From positions 1,992,230-2,024,229 of the forward strand of contig NZ_JPOO01000003.1 of NCBI RefSeq assembly GCF_000733925.1: a stretch of DNA of 32,000 nucleotides. Reading direction: 5' to 3'. The notes under the pieces are model-generated. The model did not search any database. It saw nothing but the letters and a program-made list of their open reading frames with translations, and was not told where the DNA came from. The stretch is from Arenibacter algicola (lineage in GTDB: Bacteria > Bacteroidota > Bacteroidia > Flavobacteriales > Flavobacteriaceae). Positions 18,331 to 26,490 of the stretch are shown in pieces. Both the position numbers and the translations under genes were made by a program. The stretch's first letter is position 1; each line of letters begins with the position of its first letter.

Positions 18331-20553
18331 ATGACAGCAATACCACTTACAACCAGAAGAAAATTTATCAAAGACTTGGGCTATATCAGCGTGGGATTTA
18401 CATTGTTTGGAGCCTGCTCGGGTGTGGAAGACCCCATAATGGCCGCCCGACTAGATTATGATGGGAAACTACCAGGCAGCATGGGCCGTGCCAAAACCGT
18501 AAACGCCTGGTTGGAATTATTGGAGGATGGCACTATTAGGGTACTATCTGGAAAAGTAGAATTGGGACAGGGCATCCGCACTGCTATCCAGCAGGTGGCT
18601 GCCGAAGAACTGGATATGGATCTGGAGAAGGTACAAATTCATCTGGCAGAGACTGGTGTCACCCCTAATGAGGGCTATACCGGTGCCAGCGCTTCCATTC
18701 AGAACAGTGCCATGTCTGTTCGCTATGCAGCAGCTACAGCTAGACAGGAATTATTGCTCTTGGCGAGTAAAAAACTGAATACTGCTGTTGATAATCTATT
18801 GCTTTACAACGGCCTAGTTAAATCTAAACAAAACAAAGAATCCTTGACTTTTGCCGAGATACTTGATGGCGAACAGATAGAAAAAGAAGTAATGCTTCCA
18901 ATTCCCATAAAAGACAACAGGGAACATCGCTATGTTGGCAAAGCCATACCAAGACCAGATATAGAAGAAATGGTAAGGGGGCAGTCGACCTACATTCAAG
19001 ACCTACGCTTCCCCGGTATGGTGCATGCCAGAGTAGTGAGACCTCCGGGATATACTTCCCAACTGATTTCTTTGGATGACACCGGTTTAAAATCAGAAGT
19101 TTCAGGAATCATTAAAACGGTAAGAAAAGGAAGTTTTGTGGGCGTAATTACCGAAAGGGAATACCAAGCTGTAAAGGCAGAACAATATCTGAAGGACCAC
19201 TCGATATGGACGGCCCCCATACCCTTCCCTAAATCTGAAAATCTCTACGCACATATTAAATTGATTGCCTCCAGCCCGGAAACAGTGAAAAACGAAGGTG
19301 ATGTGGCAGCAGCATTTGAAGGCAATGAAACCCTTAAAGCAACATATACCAAACCCTATATTAAACACGCCTCTATGGGCCCCGCCTGTGGAATAGCGAT
19401 GTTTGACGGTGAAATATTGCATATCTGGTCCCACAGTCAAGGAATATATCCCATGAGGGAAGCCCTGGCGACCATGTTGAATATGGAACCCGATAAAATT
19501 CATATTACGAGTGTCCCTGGAGCGGGGTGTTTTGGCCATAGCACTGCCGATGATGCCGCCGCCGATGCAGCACTATTGGCCCTGCAACAACCCAACACCC
19601 ATGTTAGGGTACAATGGTCCAGACATGATGAGCACTTGTGGGATCCCTATGGTCCGGCCATGATCACCGAATTGGAAGCCAGTCTGGATAAAAACAATAA
19701 AATAAACTCGTGGAAAACCGAGGTGTGGACCGACTCCCATAGCACACGCCCGAACAAGGATGCCGGAACGGTATTGGCCGCCAGGTATTTGGAAAACCCA
19801 TACCAGATGAAGTCGAGAGGGTATTTGGGAGGAGGACATAGAAATGCCGATCCATATTACGGCATTCCCAATATTACCGTGAATGCACACTACTATGATG
19901 GACCCTTTCGCACATCCTCTTTGCGTAGCCTAGGATCGTTTACCAATATTTTTGCCATAGAATCGTTTATGGACACTTTGGCCGAAAAGGCGGGCCAAGA
20001 CCCCTTGGAATTCCGACTAAACCACTTGGAAGATAAAAGGGCCATAGGAGTAATCCAAAAAGTGCAAGCCCTTACCAGCGCACAAAATAACGAGGATGGC
20101 AAAGGGATTGGGTATGCCTTTATGAGGTATAAAAATACGGACGCCTATATTGCCGTTGCGGCCAAGGTTACGGTGGATAAAAATAACGGTAATGTGGGTC
20201 TTATTAAAATGTGGGCAGCTGTAGACGTAGGGGAGGTAATCAATATGGATGGACTCACCAATCAAATTGAAGGCGGGATGATCCAAGCAGCCAGCTGGAC
20301 CCTAAAAGAGGAGGTAACGTTCAATACAACAGAAATAACTAGTACAGATTGGATAAAATATCCCATTCTAAAATTTTCTGAAGTCCCTGAAGTGGAGGTG
20401 GCCATTATAAACCGTCCAAGCGAAGACGCCAAAGGTGCCGGGGAAGTCCCCGTTCCGCCAACGGCTGCGGCAATAGCCAATGCCATCTATAATGCCTCTG
20501 CCATACGTATTTATGATCTACCGATAACGCCAGAGAAAATTTTGAAATCCTAA
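18331..20553 (+). CDS. Molybdopterin-binding large subunit (IorB-like / membrane-bound aldehyde dehydrogenase-like) with Tat signal and lipobox
   Basis: 740 aa. The N-terminus TTRRKFIKDLGYISVGFTLFGAC combines a twin-arginine motif with an FGAC lipobox. Its size and its pairing with the 2Fe-2S subunit fit the IorAB two-subunit class. Internal motifs include GQGIRTAIQQVAAEEL and GAGEVPVPPTAAAIANAI. Confidence 0.82.
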   Translation: MTAIPLTTRRKFIKDLGYISVGFTLFGACSGVEDPIMAARLDYDGKLPGSMGRAKTVNAWLELLEDGTIRVLSGKVELGQGIRTAIQQVAAEELDMDLEKVQIHLAETGVTPNEGYTGASASIQNSAMSVRYAAATARQELLLLASKKLNTAVDNLLLYNGLVKSKQNKESLTFAEILDGEQIEKEVMLPIPIKDNREHRYVGKAIPRPDIEEMVRGQSTYIQDLRFPGMVHARVVRPPGYTSQLISLDDTGLKSEVSGIIKTVRKGSFVGVITEREYQAVKAEQYLKDHSIWTAPIPFPKSENLYAHIKLIASSPETVKNEGDVAAAFEGNETLKATYTKPYIKHASMGPACGIAMFDGEILHIWSHSQGIYPMREALATMLNMEPDKIHITSVPGAGCFGHSTADDAAADAALLALQQPNTHVRVQWSRHDEHLWDPYGPAMITELEASLDKNNKINSWKTEVWTDSHSTRPNKDAGTVLAARYLENPYQMKSRGYLGGGHRNADPYYGIPNITVNAHYYDGPFRTSSLRSLGSFTNIFAIESFMDTLAEKAGQDPLEFRLNHLEDKRAIGVIQKVQALTSAQNNEDGKGIGYAFMRYKNTDAYIAVAAKVTVDKNNGNVGLIKMWAAVDVGEVINMDGLTNQIEGGMIQAASWTLKEEVTFNTTEITSTDWIKYPILKFSEVPEVEVAIINRPSEDAKGAGEVPVPPTAAAIANAIYNASAIRIYDLPITPEKILKS

Positions 20554-20732
20554 ACAGGGAGATGGTCTAGAAAAATCAAGACAGGAGACACCTCTATTTT
20601 AGGAATAGCTTTTGATATTACTACCCTAACACCATTAAACTAGGACCTTACCAGGTAATTTCGCTTTCCCAGACTTCAGTCTGATCAGCTTAAAGGCCTG
20701 CCCAAGCAGGGATAAATCCGCTTAAAAGACAA

Positions 20733-20767
20733 AAGGAGCATTCCGTAATTATATAGGAACACTCCTT
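20733..20767 (-). terminator. Possible terminator hairpin downstream of the 588-aa lipoprotein gene
   Basis: aaggag (20733-20738) pairs with ctcctt (20762-20767), and an inner ttcc/ggaa stem lies across a 2x2 internal loop. On the minus strand it is followed by TTTGTCTTTT. It lies 54 nt past the stop at 20821. Confidence 0.35.
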
Positions 20768-20820
20768 GGCAGCTATAAAAGCTTCCACATTATGTCAAGG
20801 AAGATATTAAATGGGGGAAC

Positions 20821-22587
20821 TTAGTTTATTTCATAACCGTATTTATAATCTATAACAATATCATCGGCATATAATTTACCGTCTTTTTCCTTAACTTTTG
20901 CGGATGCCGGTATCATAACCAATAAACGCGAGGACTCCCCTTCAATATTAAAAGTAAAATCGAATTTCGTCTTTTGGGAAATAAACTTACGCTCAACAGC
21001 ATCGTAAATCTTTAAATCTTTGTCTCCAATTGAGATGATGACCTCTTTACTTTCCGCATTGGGATTGTAATATAAATAACTTGGGTATGCTTCTTCACGA
21101 TAAAAATCGGTAGCCAATAAATCCAATTGAAGTATATTTTCAATATTGGTTTTGGAAATAATAGCCCCGGCAACACCCACATGACCACTACCGTAAACAC
21201 TGAATTGGGAAACTTTCGGATTGTCCTTATTCCATTTCATTCCATCACCAATAGCTACTGGTGCCGCTATATCCAAATACAACCCCTCTTCTTCATAATG
21301 CGAACTTTTTATAAGGCCTTCATAAGCAATTACGCCTTTAGTGTGTTCTTTCTCTTCAGGTATCGTTTGATGGTCATCCGGTATTTCGTATGGGTAAAAC
21401 AACCTAGAAGCATTTGCGGCATTTAGCATCCATTTACCGATGGTATTGGCGTACCGTTGATCATAACGCACCAAAGGAACCAGTGGCCACATAGCGTCAT
21501 AGGTATTCATTAAAAAAGCAAAACCTCCATTATGGGTTGTACTGCCCACTAGCCCGGAAACGTCATATCCATTCCAATTATCCACAAGTACACCCCAACC
21601 CTCCCGGCAAGCGGAATTGCCATCAAAGGTCCAATCCAAAACTTCTGAAAAATCATAATTGGTCCCTTGCTCCGCATTCATTCTAGCGGCAACATAAGCC
21701 CCAAAAGGCATCAAAATTTCATAGAAATAGTTTTCCTTCTGATTTAAAAGTGCTTCCAAGGATGATTTGGCCCCCTCCAAATATTTTGGATCATTAAATT
21801 TTTGGTAAGCTGAATAAAGTACAAAGGCATGACCCGCCGCCGCATCTTGCTGAGTACATATCCATGTCTTATTGGGTTGCATGGTAGCATAATCAAAAAA
21901 GGAATAATCGTAGTTACCGTTTAGTACGGAGTCCGCTTCATAAAACTTATCTGCCACTGACTTTAATATGGTATCGTATTCAGTTGCCTGTGGATAAAGA
22001 TCGGCAACGGCATAGAACATAACATTTGGATAAACATCATACCACCAATCCCTGGCATAGCCACCACCAAGCTGAGCCACTTCGGGTCCGGTATTGTTCA
22101 TCATTATGTTCCAATTGGTTTCACTATTGTAGTAGTTCTTTAACATCCTTAAATAGTTTTCACCGTTTTGGTTGGTCTTGTCAATGCCCACCAAGCTTGC
22201 CCCTAGTACAGACCCAATACTTGCAAGCGATTCGTGAAAAATACCGTCATAATGTTCCTGGCCCTGTCTAACATCGCCCATAGCAGTATAAATCCCGTAG
22301 GTTTCTTGGTCAAAATTTTTTCTAGAATTATCCTTCCAAACTAAAGGCCAATATTCCCCTGTTTGATTTTCATCGTATACCTTTTTGTCATAATCTTTTG
22401 CCAAGCTGTTAAAATCCAAAATTTTGAAGGGCTTTGGCAGGTTAGGCATGGAATCGATCCTTAGAACACCAACCTGGGCTATCGGATTGGGAACCTCAAA
22501 CAGATCGGCTTTACTTGCATTTTTACATGAATTAAGTCCAAGAGTTAAAGTTAATAAAAGGACTATATAACGATTAAATATTTTCAT
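20821..22587 (-). CDS. Lipoprotein of unknown family; aromatic-rich body plus C-terminal beta-sandwich-like tail (candidate glycan-active enzyme)
   Basis: 588 aa. Lipoprotein signal LTLTLGLNSC. I recognise no family signature. The body is rich in W/Y/F (GGGYARDWWYDVYPNVMFYAVADLYP, REGWGVLVDNWNGYDVSG). The tail (EVIISIGDKDLKIYDA...SRLLVMIPASAKV) looks like a beta-sandwich. The start overlaps the MFS stop by 14 nt. Confidence 0.85.
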   Translation of the reverse strand: MKIFNRYIVLLLTLTLGLNSCKNASKADLFEVPNPIAQVGVLRIDSMPNLPKPFKILDFNSLAKDYDKKVYDENQTGEYWPLVWKDNSRKNFDQETYGIYTAMGDVRQGQEHYDGIFHESLASIGSVLGASLVGIDKTNQNGENYLRMLKNYYNSETNWNIMMNNTGPEVAQLGGGYARDWWYDVYPNVMFYAVADLYPQATEYDTILKSVADKFYEADSVLNGNYDYSFFDYATMQPNKTWICTQQDAAAGHAFVLYSAYQKFNDPKYLEGAKSSLEALLNQKENYFYEILMPFGAYVAARMNAEQGTNYDFSEVLDWTFDGNSACREGWGVLVDNWNGYDVSGLVGSTTHNGGFAFLMNTYDAMWPLVPLVRYDQRYANTIGKWMLNAANASRLFYPYEIPDDHQTIPEEKEHTKGVIAYEGLIKSSHYEEEGLYLDIAAPVAIGDGMKWNKDNPKVSQFSVYGSGHVGVAGAIISKTNIENILQLDLLATDFYREEAYPSYLYYNPNAESKEVIISIGDKDLKIYDAVERKFISQKTKFDFTFNIEGESSRLLVMIPASAKVKEKDGKLYADDIVIDYKYGYEIN

Positions 22588-23815
22588 TTTCTAGTTTATT
22601 TTGTTGCGTTAATAATTGTTTTGCAATTACTATGGCCAATAGTTGCAATGTCCCTATTATTAATAGAGCATATCGTAAAGCGATATCGGCATCACCAAAA
22701 AATGCGATACCTAGGAATGTACCAGCTCCTATAAGCCTGCCCACGTACAATCCAAATTCATGATTTAGTATATAGGCAAATTCGTTTCTGTTCTCCAGTT
22801 CGGAAAGTAAATCAATAACTTTAAGTTGAATTGGAAAATAGGCTATATCCAAAATAGGTCTAGCGATCAAAAGTAGAAATATAAAAATGATCACTCCAAT
22901 GGAACTAAACAATAAGGCATTGAACAAGGAAGCCAAAAAGAAACATATTAGACCAAAACTAAAAATAATGTGGCGGTGCTTTGGCTTGGATAATTTCCCT
23001 AAAATAAGCATTATAATGGCTGCTATTATTGCTCCTATGGATTGGGCCGTGCCCAATGCCCCTTCCGATGCAAAAAATTTCATCATTAAAATGGCTGGGG
23101 CCGTAACTATAAAACCCTGGGCCAACCCTTTTAACAAGGCCATTTGGAGCATTTTATTCCAAAGTTTATGAAACTTGAAATACAGGAACTTCTCGTTCTT
23201 CGGCTTTTCGTAGGTTCCAAAATGAAAAATAATTGAAGCAATAATGGTAAAAATAAAGACAGCAACCGTTACAACCTTATATCCTGAATTTACCCCTTCA
23301 TTAGTACTACCATTGCCAGTCATTAGATACCATCCTATAACAATAGGTACCAAAACTGCGGTGGTGGTATAAAAGAACGTGTCAAGTCCATAATAAAAAT
23401 TTCTAGTTCTATCCGATGTAGTCGCAAGTACTAGATAATCCCTATTGGACCAATAAAGACCAAAAGACATCCCCATTATAAGTCCAGCCGAAACCAATCC
23501 TGAATAAGAAATCTCTTTTAGCGACATCATAAAAACCATGGATACCCCGCTTAGCAACATCCCCAAAGAAAATAATCTTTTAATGTTTACACGGTTAAGT
23601 AAATACCCGTTAATATAAAAAGTAATGGGTATACCCGTATATATGGCCAATTGATACAACATCACCTTTGATGGATCATTGGAGTTCCTCATGATGTAGG
23701 ATGCCACAAAAATATCTATAACAGGCATAACAAATGCATAGACCAAATTTGTTAGGATCAATATTTTAGCACTCCTTGAAAAATCCTTTATTCCAATTTT
23801 AGCAACAACTCCCAT
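22574..23815 (-). CDS. MFS-type permease (probable oligosaccharide importer)
   Basis: 413 aa, hydrophobic throughout with about 12 predicted helices, and no signal peptide. Its start ATG shares one base with the GH130 stop (TAATG). Confidence 0.8.
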   Translation of the reverse strand: MGVVAKIGIKDFSRSAKILILTNLVYAFVMPVIDIFVASYIMRNSNDPSKVMLYQLAIYTGIPITFYINGYLLNRVNIKRLFSLGMLLSGVSMVFMMSLKEISYSGLVSAGLIMGMSFGLYWSNRDYLVLATTSDRTRNFYYGLDTFFYTTTAVLVPIVIGWYLMTGNGSTNEGVNSGYKVVTVAVFIFTIIASIIFHFGTYEKPKNEKFLYFKFHKLWNKMLQMALLKGLAQGFIVTAPAILMMKFFASEGALGTAQSIGAIIAAIIMLILGKLSKPKHRHIIFSFGLICFFLASLFNALLFSSIGVIIFIFLLLIARPILDIAYFPIQLKVIDLLSELENRNEFAYILNHEFGLYVGRLIGAGTFLGIAFFGDADIALRYALLIIGTLQLLAIVIAKQLLTQQNKLENENI

Positions 23816-24864
23816 TATTTCTTAAGTGATTTTAGTATTGATTCGATAGAAAGAGTTGCCAGGCATACGTGTTCATCCGAAGCTCCGTAGTAAACACTTA
23901 TTTCGTCCCCATTCACCAAATGGCCGTTGGTAAAAACTACATTGCCAAAAAAACCTGTTTTTTCATACTCGGCCAATGGTTCCATTATAGGTTCCTCAGA
24001 CCTTGCAATTACAATTGAGGGATCCTTTAAATCCAGCAACAAAGCCCCCAAACAATATCTATTTTTTTCCGTTGCCCCATGATAGATAGCCAACCACCCA
24101 TCTTTGGTTTTAATAGGTGAGGCTCCAGCCCCTAGCCTTTTGCTATCAAATTTGGAGGTTCTGGTTTTGGAAATGCATTTGTGATTTCCCCAATGAATAC
24201 CATCAGGCGATTCAGCTATCCAAATATAATTACCGCCCAATTCCGGACTACTAGGCCTATGCAGCGCATAGAACTTATTATTAATTTTTTCTTCAAAAAT
24301 GGTACAGTCCTTATTGTGCGGACTAAATATCATGCCTTTCTTATCAAAATCCTTCCAATCCCTGGTAGTTCTCAACCCTACACCCACCCCATTGGGGCTG
24401 ACCATGGTATATGTCAGGTAATAGACCCCATCAACTTTTGAAACCCTACAGTCTTCAATACCATAACTTTCGTATTCCCCTTCACCGAACAGTGCCGGAT
24501 ATTCCTCCAGCTCTGAGAATGTTATTCCATCATCGCTAAAAAGTAATCTAAGATGGGAAATGGTAGTTAGGTAATCCACTCCGTCATAATTGATGACCCT
24601 GGCATCTGAAGCATCCAACTTGGGGTCATCCAGCTTAAAATCCAAAATTTCTACCTTTCCAAAATCGTTATAAAAAGGGACGGATATTAGACCGTCTTTT
24701 TTGACAGTTCTTTCGGCAACACGAACTAGTAGTCCAATTTTTCCATTAAATTCGAATGTCCCCGGATTAAGCAAACATTCAATAAGCATATTCTTATTGC
24801 TTGGCTTTAAATCTTTGGGCGACAATAATGGATTTTCACTATATCTATTTGCAATATCTGTCAT
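23815..24864 (-). CDS. GH130-family glycoside phosphorylase/hydrolase (beta-mannoside-type), cytoplasmic
   Basis: 349 aa with no signal peptide. The N-terminus NPLLSPKDL...LLNPGTFEFNGKIGLLVRVAE, the catalytic-region GIEDCRVSKVDGVYYLTYT, LHRP, and GAGASPIKTKDGWLAIYHGA match my memory of GH130 (DUF377) proteins. Confidence 0.8.
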   Translation of the reverse strand: MTDIANRYSENPLLSPKDLKPSNKNMLIECLLNPGTFEFNGKIGLLVRVAERTVKKDGLISVPFYNDFGKVEILDFKLDDPKLDASDARVINYDGVDYLTTISHLRLLFSDDGITFSELEEYPALFGEGEYESYGIEDCRVSKVDGVYYLTYTMVSPNGVGVGLRTTRDWKDFDKKGMIFSPHNKDCTIFEEKINNKFYALHRPSSPELGGNYIWIAESPDGIHWGNHKCISKTRTSKFDSKRLGAGASPIKTKDGWLAIYHGATEKNRYCLGALLLDLKDPSIVIARSEEPIMEPLAEYEKTGFFGNVVFTNGHLVNGDEISVYYGASDEHVCLATLSIESILKSLKK

Positions 24865-24902
24865 ATTCCGTTCAGTTCTAGGTTGGGTAAAGTTTTTGAA
24901 AA

Positions 24903-24935
24903 GAGAAGTAGTATATAGAATTCATACTACTTCTC
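24903..24935 (-). terminator. Strong intra-PUL hairpin (terminator/attenuator or RNA-stabilising stem) between susD-2 and GH130
   Basis: Perfect 12-bp inverted repeat gagaagtagtat (24903-24914) / atactacttctc (24924-24935) with a 9-nt loop. On the minus strand it is followed by TTTTCAAAAAC. Confidence 0.65.
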
Positions 24936-24987
24936 AACTCCAACAAAACTTAACAATCAACTCAATAATTTATGTTTTTGATTTGTT

Positions 24988-26472
24988 TTAATAACCTGGG
25001 TTCTGGGTAATTGTTCCTCCAGACTTATCAATATCCCTTTGTGGTATTGGGAATAAATAATTATAGTCTTGGAAATTTCTCCCCAAATCGGATAATACGG
25101 TTTTTGCCGTTCCCCATCTTTTTAAATCATTGAACCTATGGGATTCAAAACCTAGCTCCACTCTTCTTTCAGACATTATCCATCCTAAAATTTCGACTGC
25201 ATTTGTTGACGCAGGTCTATCTGTTAATGTACCTAGAGGTACTATAGAACCGTCTGCAGTAGCGCTGTTCCTAGCCCTAGTTCTAATTTGGTTTATAATG
25301 TCGACCGCTCCTACATAATCCCCTGTTTCATTGAGTGCTTCTGCTTTCCATAGCAGGACATCGGCGTAGCGGATATAGACTTTATTGCCATAATCTATCA
25401 TATCTGTGGTAGATCCTATTATCTTGAAAGAACGTTTATCGTCAGGATTGGCAGTAGTGGTATATAGCAATCTTGGGTCATTTGCTTCAAAGGCCGCCAC
25501 AAAATCATCCGTTGGTGCAAAAAATCCCCAACCAATAACAAATCTCAATCCATTAGTATTGTTAGGCGTTTCGTCTGAACGATGATCGTAGGCAAAAATC
25601 ACTTCATTGTCAGCGAATTCCATTTCGGCGTTAAAACTATCAAAATAATTAGCATTAAGACTGTAATTTCCAAGGGCATCCAATTCCGCAATCGTGCTTA
25701 GCACCGAGGACCAATTCTCATTAAATAATGCAACTTTTGCCTGCAATGCAATTATGGCTCCTTTGGAAACTCTCCATGGTTCTGCCGGATCGGGGTACTT
25801 GGCGTTGGTTGCCAATGATTTTGCCAGGGCAATATCGGAGTTCACCTGGTTCATAACCTCTTCTTTTGGTGCTCTAATGGCTACGGCCAAGGCTTCCTCA
25901 AAAGAATCTGGAGTTGCACTAATTAAAGGTACATCGCCAAAATTATTCACTAAATCAAAATAGTAGTAGGCCCTTAAAAAATGTGCTTCTGACAAAAGTT
26001 GATTTTTTCGGGCATCGGTCATGCCTGCCGATTGGACGGTAGCCGCATCGGATAAAAACCCTATTGCCAAATTGGCCCTGTTTATTCCAATATAGTCATA
26101 AACCCAAATTCCGTTAAAAGCTTGGTTTTCCGGTGTAAAAGTGTAGTTGCCCACTTCATCCATCCAGGGCTGATCTCCATCCGGATTCCATTTTTTATTC
26201 ATGTCATTGGATGCGATATCCTGCAATACAATGTCATTTCTAAATACGGTCCCCAAATCCCATCTCCAACCTGGAATAACACCGTTCAGAGTGTTTTTTA
26301 AAGGTTGGTATATTGAGCTTACCGAAGCTTCAAGGGTCACCAAAGCCAAGTCATTGTCCACGATGTCCTCCGTTAGTAGCCCAATTGGCTCTTTTTCCAA
26401 TTCATCCATACAACCCACTGCAAGTGATGATATGAAAAGGACAATTAGTATTCTGTTAAATATATTTTTCAT
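24988..26472 (-). CDS. SusD/RagB-family outer-membrane glycan-binding lipoprotein
   Basis: 494 aa. Lipoprotein signal SSLAVGC followed by MDELEKE. RRVELGFESHRFNDLKRW ... TQNPGY C-terminus. Lies 18 nt downstream of susC-2. Confidence 0.93.
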   Translation of the reverse strand: MKNIFNRILIVLFISSLAVGCMDELEKEPIGLLTEDIVDNDLALVTLEASVSSIYQPLKNTLNGVIPGWRWDLGTVFRNDIVLQDIASNDMNKKWNPDGDQPWMDEVGNYTFTPENQAFNGIWVYDYIGINRANLAIGFLSDAATVQSAGMTDARKNQLLSEAHFLRAYYYFDLVNNFGDVPLISATPDSFEEALAVAIRAPKEEVMNQVNSDIALAKSLATNAKYPDPAEPWRVSKGAIIALQAKVALFNENWSSVLSTIAELDALGNYSLNANYFDSFNAEMEFADNEVIFAYDHRSDETPNNTNGLRFVIGWGFFAPTDDFVAAFEANDPRLLYTTTANPDDKRSFKIIGSTTDMIDYGNKVYIRYADVLLWKAEALNETGDYVGAVDIINQIRTRARNSATADGSIVPLGTLTDRPASTNAVEILGWIMSERRVELGFESHRFNDLKRWGTAKTVLSDLGRNFQDYNYLFPIPQRDIDKSGGTITQNPGY

Positions 26473-26490
26473 GATTACTATTTTTTTAAA

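Noticed and set aside
18814-20486. Run of minus-strand ORFs (61-145 aa) antisense to the Mo-subunit gene
   Set aside because: They are shadow ORFs in a GC-richer coding region with Cys/His/Gly-rich nonsense sequences. The plus-strand 740-aa frame is unbroken and motif-bearing.
20677-20690. Palindrome cagacttcagtctg, and the nearby cctgc-ccaa-gcagg stem, in the convergent gap after the Mo-subunit gene
   Set aside because: The stems are only 5-6 bp with minimal loops and no adjoining T-tract. This is expected by chance in 267 bp, so I did not call it a terminator or operator.
23815-24864. Calling the GH130 specifically a phosphorylase, or naming its linkage
   Set aside because: The phosphate-binding residues that separate phosphorylases from hydrolases cannot be scored reliably without an alignment to characterised members. 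I left it at family level.
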